Shown piece by piece: positions 36,527 to 56,915 of a DNA stretch of 64,000 nucleotides; position 1 is the first letter of the stretch, and each line of letters starts with the position of its first letter. Below the pieces are notes generated by a model. That model saw only the letters and a program-made list of their open reading frames with translations. It ran no database searches and had not been told where the DNA came from. This DNA comes from Calcarisporiella thermophila CBS 279.70 (taxonomy: Eukaryota > Fungi > Calcarisporiellomycota), in contig NW_027192219.1 of NCBI RefSeq assembly GCF_041956535.1, forward strand, positions 169,376 through 233,375. Direction: 5' to 3'. A program made the translations under genes and the position numbers.

Positions 36527-39505
36527 ATGGCAAGACTCATAGCCCGATGGGTTGCACTCTACGCGATCGCATCCACAGCCACATTGGCTTTACCATGGGC
36601 TAACTCGAAATTCAAGTATAGTAAGCTCTACGACATCTCTCCCTTGGTGGGACTTGGAGATGTAGACGGCACCATTGCGGCATTTGGAGATTGGAACGCT
36701 GACAAAAAGTAGGTGATCAGGGTGCTGGCCTAACCTCTATGGTCCCGCCTGCATGTTGCCCATGGCCCCCCCTATACCTCTAATGTAATGGCCTGTTTTG
36801 CTTTTATCCTTTCATTTGAATAGCACCGATCTTTTCGTGTTGAGCGCCGACCAGTCCACCGTGACAGTTCATAACTGGGATCCCGGTAAGCACACGTCAA
36901 TGTCATCCTCCCATGGTGATGAGCTTCTTCTTGAAATCTCCTTTCCATTGTTTTGTTTCGATATTAGCAAAATGGAGCTTTGTCAAGTCCAATACCGCTC
37001 GCATCTTTATACCAGGCAACGAATTCGTCATCACGAACGTGATTCCTGGCGACTTCAATCACGATGGAAAGCTGGACGTGATGCTGATGGGCCAGGCGGA
37101 CCCGCAGAATAAGCCAGATGGGGAGCTCTTTATGCGAGTTTATCTTGGCACCGCCAATGACACTTTGGGTGAGAGACTCCGCCATTTTCCCATTCCTCTC
37201 ATCTCTGGAGTAATAACCCGACTTGCTTCCCTTAGACCCCAATTTCATTAAGCTTCCATCCTCGAGCGCCGCTCAGCCAATCCTTTTTGACTACGATGGA
37301 AATATGAGAACTGACCTTCTCGGATACCCATCCTCCAGTTCGGACACCCTCTCCGTATGGCGGAACGTCGTCAATCCAGCGACTAATGCGCTAGAGTTTG
37401 AAATGTAATACCCCCTCCCCTGGCCCTGGCGCAATTCGGCCCATTTCCCGCTAACTTGCTTTGCAACCATAGAGCCCCATTCCCGTTGAACAACAGTGCC
37501 CCCGCCTGTAAGCCCGCAAATCCCCACTCGAGCGCTTTTGTTGATCTGGATGGCGACTGTTTAGCCGGTAAGTCTATGGGAATCGGGAATGGCGTGTGCC
37601 TCCGCTAACGTGGAGCTTTTCTCTCTCTGGCCTTGTTGGCTTAGATCTATTCTTGGTGTGCCAGGAGGAGGGTGGCCGTCACAGCTATCAGATTTGGATC
37701 AACAGCGTGGAGAATGGCTTCGTCTTTAAGCAGACTGGACAGCTGCCTGCTGGCGCGGGTCAGATCTCGTTTGCCGATATGGGTAAATACTTACCATGTT
37801 ATTAGGCACCCAGTCATTATCGAGGGGATAGACTTATTTTGATTCTCCCAGATGGCGACGGCACTATTGATGTTGTTTTCCCGGTTTGCGACGGCGACCA
37901 TTGCTCAATCCACACTGTCTACAACCAGCAACTGCCGCTTTGCCCGGCGAGCGTAAGGAGCACGGCTGAAAATTGTCGCAGTGTAGAAAACATGTGCATC
38001 GCCGACCCAGAGTTTCGCCTGAAGTTTGAGTATACAGCTGAGGAAGAGGTAGACTATCTTACGGCCACCCGACTTAGTTTATCCATGAGTTGCACTGATC
38101 ACTTGCTTGCACACGTATAGTCCTATGTCGTATCTCCTTTGAAGGATGTCGTCCCAGGTAAGGTGTTGATGACGGACACCTCTTTCAAGGGAGTTCTACC
38201 TGTTCCGGTGCGGATTGGTAAGTATCCGTTGAGTGACCTCGCTTGGACCCGAACCTCTTATTTTTGGGCCATTTTTTTTCTCGTCCTAGGCGACTACGAT
38301 CTGGACGGGTACCCCGATTTGCTGGTCGTGAGCGATGCCGGCTCAAAGAGCCAGGTATCTCTTCTTCGCTCAGTGCCCTGCTCAGAGCAAGTCTGCACTC
38401 CTTCGGCCACCGCCAATAATCGCCGGGCGTTTACAAGGGTGACGGAGGGGGTTGAAGAGCTAGAGAAGATAACGAATGCCCGAGCAGCCACCTTCCTGGA
38501 CATCGATGAAGATGTAAATTTTTGATTTTTTCGCCATTCACCCAACCCACTAGCAGATCCAAATGATTTGTTCGCTTTTCGTTGCTCTAGGGAACGCTAG
38601 ACATCATCGTGCTCGGTGGCAAACCGAATTCCAACACCGCTGCGCGCGAAATCCATGTGATTCATAATAATTTCTTCAACGACGCATTCTTTCTTAAAAC
38701 TCTCGGTAGGTCCTGACTTTGTGGCAAAATCTCCACTTTTGGTACTGAATTTGGCCCCGCCTACTCAATCCGCATTTTATAGCGCTGAATGGCGTATGCC
38801 CTGGATGGTGCTCGTTAGAAAAGTTCCCCGTCCAGAAGCCGTTTGGCGTAAGCTACCCCGGCAGTAGCTTTAAGTTCACTGTGCTCGATACGGCTGGAAA
38901 TAAGCGAGCGAATCAAAGTAAGTGTCCATGTCGAAGCTTCAGTTTGAGAACTGTCTCCCAATGGCCCCGCCTGTTTATCTAGTTGCACAACTTCCTCAAG
39001 CGTCCTATATGGCCCTCCATACCCCTTACACGCTGTTTGGTTTAGGGCGAACCAACAACTACGTGGAGAAGCTCTTTATTGGAGTAACACTTAAACAGGT
39101 AAAAGCCCCTTTTCACTCTCAAACAGACCTTGGATTGACGCTCGGCTACCATTAGTCACAGCACTACACGTCCTATTCAGGCGTGATCCCCAATTCTCAA
39201 CTCATCATTAATCCCTATCAACCTCCAGGCTCGAAGGATCCAGAAAGGTAAGTAGTCTTACGAAAGCGGTTCGAAGATGGTTTCTCTAATTTTTTTTTTT
39301 GGGGGGGGGGGGGAACATTTCCACTAGCTGGATTCTGGAGCTTTACATTCGCCCCGGAGAATATGTGCCCTGGGTCTTGGTGACGCTGGTGTCGGCAACC
39401 GTCCTCCTCGGAATAGTGGTGGCCGTGCTCAACTGGATGGAGAAAAGGGAGGACGAGTTGGAACGGCGAAAAGCACTCCATATTATCAACTTTGATGCTC
39501 TTTAA
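36527..39505 (+). CDS. ITFG1: ITFG1/LINKIN (T-cell immunomodulatory protein-like, FG-GAP repeats), type I membrane protein, multi-exon
   Basis: AAFGDWNADK, PGDFNHDGKLDV, DLDGDCLAD, GDYDLDGYPD, NNFFNDAFFLK, FGLGRTNNYVE, IPNSQLII, TM segment then EKREDELER...INFDAL. Confidence 0.9.
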
Positions 39506-39795
39506 TTCCTTTTTTTGTTAATTTCGTTGCCATTGTATACTCATGTTTGCTCCCCTCCCTCCCCTCTCGTTCTTCATCCAGTGTTTTTTTTTCCCTTAAA
39601 TATTCTTGTAAAATATATTATTTTTTTATCGGTTTGGTTGTCTAAGAGCAAGCATTTTACAGGGTAGTTGAGAGGTGAACAAATATAGAATAGAAAAAAA
39701 AAATATAAAATAAAAAAAAGTCCATGCAAATTAAGAGGATAGGCATATAAACAAGACAACGACAAAAAAAAAGTTACAGAGAGGGATAGGGGACA

Positions 39796-40716
39796 TTAGG
39801 ACATGGCAGCTCTTGCGCTCGCCTCGCTTGTGATCGCCTCGATCACACTGATCTTTAATAGGTCGCTTACTGGATAGTTGAGCGAGGCCTCGTAGGTGTA
39901 CACGATGATGGTGTCGTTGATGTACATGAATTTTCGGGCGAGGGCCAGCAAGCAGTTGGACACCCTCGCAATGTTTTCCCGGTCCACCAAATCGATCTTG
40001 TCGTTCTTGCTAGAATACACCAGCTCGGGGTCGAGCTCCTCGTCTTTCGTCGCCACCTGCTTGCTCACCCAGATATACCCATTCAGCCCCAAAATCACCT
40101 CGATCCCGCACGGGAGACTATGGAAGTGGGACTTGCACCGCTGGACCAATGCCGGTGGCACGCAGACAAATGATCCGTTGCGCAGCTTACCATACTTCAA
40201 ACTGCGGGTGTGCAGCGAGACAGCCCCATCTCCAAAGAATGCCTGCACCTCGGCCACACACAGATCGCCCTCCGCAAAGAATGTGCGCATTTGGAGCTCG
40301 TCTGATTCACTCTTACGCCGCTGCACGCCTCCCGGCAAATTGATGGAGGAGAGAAGCAGCACGCCGTCCTGCCTCCCGTTGACGTCGACCTTCCACCGCT
40401 TCGGCGCCACTTCCGTGATGCGGCCGACTACAATGTCCCCAATTTCGGGATTATACCGAGTGCGGAGTGGGCGAACAGAGACGAGCTTGTTGACTCGCTC
40501 AACCACGCCGGCAACAGCAGAGGTAATCGTGAGCTTCTCATCCGATGCCGCTTCTACATAGGTGCCATGCCCACGCATGTATTGGGGATCGGAGGTGATA
40601 ATTTCTCCTGGAGTGACAATCTTGGCAAGTGGGTCATCGGAATCCAACATATGGGCATCCTCATCCGAAGTGGGAAGAGGCGGAAGAGCCGCTGGGGCTA
40701 GGAATTCAATATTCAT
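39796..40716 (-). CDS. RRP4: Exosome cap subunit Rrp4 (EXOSC2), intronless
   Basis: MRGHGTY, RYNPEIGDIVVGRI, SINLPGGVQRRKSESDEL, LHTRSLKYGKL, ILGLNGYIWV. Confidence 0.96.
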   Translation of the reverse strand: MNIEFLAPAALPPLPTSDEDAHMLDSDDPLAKIVTPGEIITSDPQYMRGHGTYVEAASDEKLTITSAVAGVVERVNKLVSVRPLRTRYNPEIGDIVVGRITEVAPKRWKVDVNGRQDGVLLLSSINLPGGVQRRKSESDELQMRTFFAEGDLCVAEVQAFFGDGAVSLHTRSLKYGKLRNGSFVCVPPALVQRCKSHFHSLPCGIEVILGLNGYIWVSKQVATKDEELDPELVYSSKNDKIDLVDRENIARVSNCLLALARKFMYINDTIIVYTYEASLNYPVSDLLKISVIEAITSEASARAAMS

Positions 40717-40838
40717 TTTGCTCTGGATTTTACTCAATCTATCGGGTCTCCAAAGACTCTATAGTCCCACTTTATTTACACCGAGTGGCCCCAACCTCCC
40801 CCCAAATCCGGAGCTCTATTTGCAGTGGCTTATCCGTA

Positions 40839-40866
40839 ACGCGTCACGAATTCGCGTGCCGCGAAA
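40839..40866. promoter_or_regulatory. MCB/SCB-like cell-cycle element cluster in the divergent RRP4/POLQ promoter
   Basis: ACGCGT (40839-40844), CACGAA, TTCGCG and CGCGAAA (40860-40866) within 28 bp. Confidence 0.5.
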
Positions 40867-41016
40867 TACCGCACAATTTAACATGTTTGGAAGGGAGCGA
40901 GAAACAACCTTTAGAACACAAGCGATTTGGGAGCCCCTCCATCGCCATCGCGCAAAATTAACAAGACAGCTCCCCTAAAATCAGATTTCTAGCCCAAATG
41001 GAAGCGTCATTCTGCA

Positions 41017-49368
<8,352 letters not shown>

Positions 49369-50426
49369 TCATTTTCCTACGAGAAAATTATTTAAGTCCC
49401 CCAGTGTATTTTTTTTTGCTTAGTGCAAATTTTATACCCCTTTTTTTTCGGTTACTTTATGTAATCTTTACTTTCTCTGTTTACTCTTTTCTTTTTCTTT
49501 AGACTCTGTACATAACATTATAATTGTAACGACTTGTCTAATGAGATTATTTAAGAATAAAAGGAAGAAAATGAAAATACGTATACACACCTCTGACCGT
49601 ATTTACATAATGTTGCAAGTTCAAAAGAAAGGTAGTAAAAAGAGTTATCAACCACACTCATCGATTCTTTTCGGACTGGGCCTTGTTCAAGTAACATAGT
49701 CAGAAGTATTTAGAAGTAATAGGTTCAATCCGAAGGTCATTTTTATTGATTTTCTTGCTCCACGCGTCATGGCTAACTATTAAACCGTTCAAATGCATTT
49801 AAATTGCTTAGCCTCGGCTAACTATAAAGTGGCAAACTAATATTGTAACCAGCCAACCTATCGAATACAAACTAATGGCATTACTGCAAAACATGCGTTG
49901 ATGTCTTAAAAGTAACTAGGATGAATATAATTATAATTCCACTTTTTTCAAGCCAAAAGATTGCCTAAAAATATACAATTGATCATGGCGGCAAACAAGG
50001 TGTTTGAAGTTGTGAACCCTATTATTGCAGAGACAACTTCAGTGAAAAAAGGTAGCAATACAACACAATATAATACACAGTCAAGGTTTTCTAATAGGAA
50101 AAAAAAAAATACGCGCTGTGCCGCACATAAAACAATACCATGGTTAAATACAGTACAAGGTACCGGATTTTATTCCTATTTTCTGCCAATATCAGTGCAA
50201 TAGTCATTTAGGGAAAGGACGTAAATGGAAATTGATTGAAGGCAAAAAAAAAAAATAAACTGGTGATATCAATCAAGAATTCTAACGATTCCGCGCAGAC
50301 CTTGATAAATCACATACGTGGACAAGACTCAACACACCTATAAATCTTTCCTACTCCCTCCTCCTCTCCGTTTCTCACCCTTCACTCAACTCTTTCTCCT
50401 CTTCTCGTCAAAAATAGGGCACAAAC

Positions 50427-51455
50427 ATGAGAAAACTCATCCATTTCTCGGGCACTATCCTAGCCATCTCACTTACCACGCTTGCACAAAACTCGCCCTC
50501 GCCTCTCGTAACCGCAGAAACCTCGCCTGCTCCCTCTGCCACCTCGTCTAAATTTAGTCTACAGGACTTCTTCCGGCCCATCTTTGGAGACATCCCGATT
50601 AGCACCCCACAGGCTCCACCTTCGTCCTCCGCTGCAGCACCTCAACCGACGCAACCCGTTCCTGGACAACCAGGAGGATATGCTCCCGGAGTTAATCCCC
50701 AGGCTGGACCCTACATGGGCATGCCATACGGTAGCCCAGGAGGAGGAATGATGCCCTATGGAGGCGGTCCGCAGGGGCAGATGATGGGGATGCCCAATGG
50801 CGGCGGAGGCGCGCCAATGGGAATGCCAATGGGGCCTCAACACTATCCCCAGGCACACCAGCGTCGTCAGGCGGGCGGTCCAGGCCAAGGGCAGCCTGGG
50901 CAAATGGTGAACTCGTTCCAATACCCACCAGCTGCTCCTGGAGGAGGGGTTCCAAATGCGCCAGGCGGTATGGGTGGCGGTATGGGTGGCGGTATGGGCG
51001 GCGGAAGTCCTATGTTCGGACAGGGCTTTCCTTTCGGGCAAGGAATAGGCGCTGGACAGGGAGGCTTTCCTATGGGGAATGCGCCCCAATATCCTCAAGG
51101 TGGGGCTCCTCCTAATGTTCCAATGGGGGGCGCGCAGGGCGGCGGGGCACCTCCTCAAGGAATGAATGCTCCTCTTTTCGGCGGCAATGGACCCGCTAGT
51201 GGAGGTGGCGCGAGCGGTGAGAGCTATGCTCCCCAGAACGCCGCGGGAGCCCCTCACCAGGCGCGTGACGAATATCATATGGCCCGATCGCCTGTGGAGT
51301 ATCCCGCTCCTCAAACGGTGACCAAAACTGTCACTGTTTCTGCGACTCCGGCCTCCTCTCCCACTCCCTACTACGTCACCATGTGGACAGAGAATGTACC
51401 CAAGAGTCTTTTGATGGCACGCCCGACTAATGTGAAGGCAAACGAGGACCTCTAA
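50427..51455 (+). CDS. Secreted Gly/Pro/Gln/Met-rich low-complexity protein
   Basis: Intronless 342-aa ORF with an N-terminal signal peptide; TATAAA about 85 bp upstream. Confidence 0.75.
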   Translation: MRKLIHFSGTILAISLTTLAQNSPSPLVTAETSPAPSATSSKFSLQDFFRPIFGDIPISTPQAPPSSSAAAPQPTQPVPGQPGGYAPGVNPQAGPYMGMPYGSPGGGMMPYGGGPQGQMMGMPNGGGGAPMGMPMGPQHYPQAHQRRQAGGPGQGQPGQMVNSFQYPPAAPGGGVPNAPGGMGGGMGGGMGGGSPMFGQGFPFGQGIGAGQGGFPMGNAPQYPQGGAPPNVPMGGAQGGGAPPQGMNAPLFGGNGPASGGGASGESYAPQNAAGAPHQARDEYHMARSPVEYPAPQTVTKTVTVSATPASSPTPYYVTMWTENVPKSLLMARPTNVKANEDL

Positions 51456-52988
51456 TTTCAGTTGGAAATACGAACCATTCACTCGACTCCTTTTTCGATT
51501 TTGAATTTATGGTATCTATATTTAGTTATTCTAGCTTTTTCTTCTACCTGATTTCTCCTCGGTGGTGCTCGAGTATGGAACCATATTCACTAGCTACCAA
51601 GGACCCAAATTGACTCATTCCACCCTTTCTTGCTACAAAGTTATATTTGCTAGGAAGTATTTTTTTTTCTCAATAAAACAGAAGGAATCATTATAGAAAG
51701 AGGATTGCAGAGGGTACATTGCAAGAACCCGAGTTTATTCGGTCAGATGCAGAAACTTTAGGAGCAGTTCTGCTCGAACTCAAGCAAACAATTACACTTT
51801 TTCATGGGTGCCTGTCTGAAATATCGGTTTAGGTTCAGAAAAAAAGAGCTAGAATTAGTGCGCTGGCCTATTCCTTCCTACCAATGTAGGCAGGAATAGG
51901 TTTTCTTCACAGCGCTAAATCGAAAAAAAAGTCCGCCCATCTATTCATCAACGCCTCTTACTATCGAGGAGAGGTGATATGTATTAGATGGCATTTTGTA
52001 TTCAAAGTAGGGCTATTATTTAGCACATGGTAATGGAAATCTCCTGTGCAATTTTCCAATAATTAATTTCGGTTTTCAAGATGTCTAATGGCAGAGCAGG
52101 CCAAAGGAGCGAATCGTAGGCTTTATGTATCTATTGTGGGGCTGTGCTTGAGTGAGCGTATGGATTTACAATATACAATAATATGGAACTTGGCCGATAT
52201 TTCGGAACCAGGCCTCTCGAGGGGCAATTCGTATTTACGCAACTCAGTCATTAAGTTGGTTCGGCACCTTGTGATCAATCTTTTTTTTTTCAACCATTTT
52301 GTGCCATATCTTTGGTTCAACTCAAACCTATCCACTCATCACCTATACTTTATTTAGGAAATAATTTCTATATATTTCTATATGCTTTGTATACTTGAGA
52401 TGCTCTAAAGACTCCTCTAAAGAAACTCCCAATACAAAAGATAAATTTATTTTGTTCGACCAACAGCAGCCCGTTTTTCAACCTCTGCATTCGCTGGAAG
52501 AAAAGATTCGATGAACAATGACTCCCTCCCATAAGGTTGTCGTTGGTGGGATAGATTTAGTCCGATTTTTTCGAGTAAAATTTCACCTCCAAACGCAAAC
52601 TCAAGGGAATACCTCCAGCATTTTATATAGGATGTGGTCGAGCTAAGAAGAAGAGGAGCATATCCATTGCATCCTACCGTAAATATTCAGGGCTTACAAG
52701 TGGAGAAAAATTGACCTATACAACAAGAGAATTAGTATTTGTCTAGCTTTGCGATTCAAAGGCAAAGATATCACCAATAGCAAAATAAAAAAAGGAAAGA
52801 TTGCGTAACGAGAGATTAAGTCAAACCAATTTTGATATAAAGCTTCTCTCATACTTGTGACCGACAAGAGTGTACAGTCACGAAATTAAGAGCAGAGTGA
52901 ATAAAAAAGGGAAGGCGGCGTCACTTGCTGCTGTTTCTTGTCGATTTCGCAGGTCTTGAACCAAAACATCAAACCATTTCGACCAGCA

Positions 52989-53523
52989 ATGCCACGTAAT
53001 GCTTAAACACGCGCTCCTCTATCCGCACGCTCGTTTCTAACGCCCTTCATTTCTTCTCATATCACAGCTAAGAAAGTAAAAATCCGAGCTCACGACGGCC
53101 ATTTCTTGTCGCTCGATCCCAAAAACAAAGTGCTTCAGCTGCGCAGCCGCGACTACAACAATGACACCTCTCCCGAGAGGCGTGCCTCAGAGGGGTCCCT
53201 ATTTCGCGTTGGAGACGATGATTTTCTGTACGATGACACTGGAATGCGAGTGGTGCTCGAGTGGGACGGGGGCGAGTATGAGCTGTTGGCCGAAAAGTTT
53301 GGCCCCGAAGAGGTAAACATCATGGTTAAGATTCATTAAAGAAGGGAGAGAGAGAACACGACAGAGATGGATAACCCGAGCATATTCAATATAGTACGGT
53401 CTAAAGGCATACGACGAGAAGACACAAAGAGATACGGGCCGTTATCTTAGTGCTGGAATCAATGAGCTTCGGCTTAAGGGCGAATGCAGTTCGCAGGAAA
53501 TGTTTAACCTGATTCACTCCTAG
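52989..53523 (+). CDS. Small 126-aa protein, fascin/beta-trefoil-like, three exons
   Basis: Exons 52989-52995, 53068-53312 and 53395-53523 join in frame (381 nt). Motifs VKIRAHDGHFLS and GRYLSA...EMF. Confidence 0.65.
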
Positions 53524-53989
53524 TAGAAACACTTAGCTACCCCTCCGGTTAGTCGGCATCTCTGTTTTGTTTGATTGCTTGACAAAGGTCGAGCACATTT
53601 ATTAGCTGTGGCCTTAGGTCGAACTTGCTCATATTCAGCTGTGTTCTATTTATGCCATTTATATCAAAAGGAATAGGAAAAACTATACAAAATAAAAACA
53701 ACTGATGCATTTTCGAGTGGTATTCTCTTTATTGACCATTACTTAAGCAGCATTTCATTTAGCTGTAAATGTTACTGGCAGGGTAGAGCTTAAAAAGAAA
53801 GTTGACCAGGGGAGTTCGGTCGGTGGTGGGAAGAAATTGGGGGAGTGGGCAAGTAAAAACCGTCAGCTGAATTTGGATAGCGTTTGGCCGAGGGAATTCG
53901 ACTCGTTTTTCGCTTATAGATTTCGTTGTTGTCCTCTCAAACTCATCCGCTCTTTTTCCCTTTTTTTCAGTGCACACCCACACAGCATC

Positions 53990-55366
53990 ATGAAGAAAAA
54001 GGTAAGCCCTCCTTCTGAACTGCGTGGCTATCCACGATGCGTTGAAATCTACCTTGGTTGATGGCGGATGTTGATGCGGACTCTGATCGCTCATTTTAAA
54101 GGTCTTGTTGATGGGGAAGTCGGGTTCCGGCAAGACTTCGATGCGCTCCATCATCTTCTCAAATTATGTTGCTAAGGATACGCGCCGACTGGGTCCAACA
54201 AGTACTCTTTTTCTCTTTCCTCCTCTTAGCGACCGAAAAATTGACTAATCCCCATGTATTTTATTGCGCAGTGGATATTGAACATTCTCATGTGCGCTTT
54301 TTGAATAATCTTGTTCTAAATCTGTGGGATTGTGGAGGGTGAATTTTTTAAATCCTTGGCTCTGATTGTGGGCCGGATCGCTAACACCTATTGATCTTGT
54401 AGGCAAGACCATTTTATGGAGAATTATCTTCTAAACCAGCGGGATCAAATTTTCCGCAATGTCGAGGTCCTGATCTATGTGTTTGATGTCGAGAATGGCG
54501 ATCAGCGCGAAGTAGAAAAAGACATGGATTACTACCAGGGCTGTCTGGAGGCCATCATGAACAATAGCAAGGACGCAAAGATTTTCTGCCTTGTCCACAA
54601 AATGGATCTGATACCAGAGGAGCAGCGACAACAGGTAACCTGGCGATTCGCTGCATCCTCCCCTACCTCCCCTTCTCGTTGGATGATCTGATCCCTTTTA
54701 CCCCTCCCCCCCCACTACACCCGATAGACTTTTGAGCAGCGGTACCAAGAGCTAAAGACCCGGTCCGAACCTCTGCGTATCACCGCTTTTGCCACTAGCA
54801 TCTGGGACGAAACCCTTTACATGGCGTGGTCGCAGATCATCAACTCGCTGATCCCCAATATCGGACTGTTTGTCCGGCACCTGGACCACTTTTGCGCGCT
54901 AGCCGGGGCGGATGAGGTGATCCTTTTTGAGCGCAAGACGTTCCTGGAGGTGGCCCACTCGTCCAGGAAATCCCACCCTGACCCCCACCGGTTCGAGAAG
55001 ATTAGCAACATAGTGAAGCAATTCAAGTTCAGTTGCAGGTAAACGGAGAGAAGCTCGGCTCATCTACCCTATGCCTTGCTTAGCATGCTTCATTTTTGTT
55101 AGCAAAATTGGCACGTCTTTTGACAGCTTGACGATCCGGCGGAAGCCCTTCAGCGTGTATATCGATGTGTTGACCCAGCACACCTACGTGATGGTCGTAC
55201 TGAGCGACCCTAAGATTTGTGAGTGTCTTGTGTGCACATGATAGCGTGTGTGGCATAGTGTCCTAACCCGCCCTCTGTTTCTCCATGCATAGTGCCGGGA
55301 GCGATGACAGTAAATCTCTCCGTGGCGAAGAAACATTTTGAAAATCTGGAAATGCTGGGCCGTTGA
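53990..55366 (+). CDS. GTR1: Rag GTPase RagA/B (Gtr1), spliced
   Basis: [67 protein letters not shown]. Confidence 0.96.
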
Positions 55367-56784
55367 CCCATTATTGGAAGATCGGTGGTGAGGGAGTAAG
55401 CCGGTAGGTGTGTCTGGGTAGAATGTGGAATTAAATGATCATCGACACTTTTCATCTCCCGTTCATCTTCCTTTTTTTCCTTGTTGTTTGATATTCTATC
55501 GTCTATGGCCGTCTTTTTTTTTTTTTTAATTTGGGTTATCACTTATTTTTAGCTGACCCTGTCTCGTTTTAGCTTCTCTTATTATTTTCCTTATCTCTAT
55601 TCGTTTTTGTACATTTTTTTTTTCTTTTTTTCGTTTTATTACATGTTATCTTCGCTCCATTAAACTTTTACTTTTTCATTCTATTCGAACTCGGAGTCAA
55701 ACCCAAACCCTATCACTTCCTTTTTGAATATTACGACTTGAAACTTGAAAAGAGCAAGCCGGAGGCTAGAAGAAAAAAAAAGAGGGGGGCCCCTATCTTT
55801 CGGAGTTGGACACGGCTGTTTGAATTTTATCTCTGGTTTAGTCAAGCATTGCTTTCGTCCTTGACATAATAAGAATAGAGCGTAAAGAAAGAAAACATCG
55901 CCTGAATTCGATTAGTTTCATTATCGCCACATTGCGAAACACTTGGTCCCATGGAATGGCATGCACTTGTACTGAGGCTCTGGTAATGGAATGGGTGAGG
56001 ACCATCATATTTGAGATGCCGAACCAGTCCAAACAAAAGACGTTAAGAGAAAATGTCAATGAAGAGAGGTGTGACGGTTCCATTAAAGCTAGAATCTCCC
56101 CTGGGCTTTCTCCACATCCTCATTGCCACATGTGACAATCCCATATGTGCATAAACAAGAGAGCCCAAGATGCCCTTGGAAGGCCATTATTGGGAGATCG
56201 TGGAAGCAATGCAGGCCCCTTATGGTTCCTGAGCAGCTTTATTTAACGCCCCTCCAATCTGCTGCCGCCCCTTGTTTTCTAGATCGAATCCTTCCCTCCA
56301 TTGACCACCGCTGGCTTCCTTTTCTCGGAAACGGAGTCACATCTGAAGGCGGGGCCGAATGAGCCACGGGCTTCATTGCTGATCCAAGTGCCTAGAAATA
56401 TGTGCATCTTCCCTCTCGAGCTGCATCGACATGCCTTATTTGTGCTAATCAAAGTGAGCTTCAGCCAGACTCAGTGGAGTCGCGTGGGTTTGCATCAAAT
56501 TCTTGCCCTCTCGCCTCAGCCAACCAGGCCACCGGCCTAGTCCCATTGTGATTTGCTGATGATTGCGAAAGCAGCGGGAGAAAGAGTCTCTCGAGACCGC
56601 GCCTTAGTCGGTGGCCAAATGGCTCGCCGCTCGCCATTCATTATGGGCCGCGTTATACTGGCACAATGCTTCTCTGACACCGGCGTACTGCAGGGGGCAC
56701 TTTTCTTGCATCTCGAGCTGATATAGAGGGCCCAGGATGTGGCCTCTGCATGGAATCTTGGGATGCGGGAGGGGAAAGGGACTG

Positions 56785-56915
56785 TCTCGGTGGCTAAGAA
56801 ACATTTTGAGAATTTTCAAAATGCAGAGTCGTTAAACCAATATAAGCAGAGAATGTGGAGGGGAGAATGTGAACGCGTGTGCTGGATGGGGAAGTGGGCA
56901 CCAATCGACACCCTA
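56785..56915 (+). pseudogene. Decayed duplicate of the GTR1 terminal exon and 3' UTR
   Basis: tctcggtggctaagaaacattttgagaat...aaatgcagagtcgttaaacca aligns to 55317-55370 (SVAKKHFEN), with weaker similarity into the UTR. Confidence 0.6.

Noticed and set aside
55700-56750. Possible transposon or pseudogene remnant between GTR1 and the CCCH gene
   Set aside because: No terminal repeats, target duplications or recognisable protein motifs in any frame.
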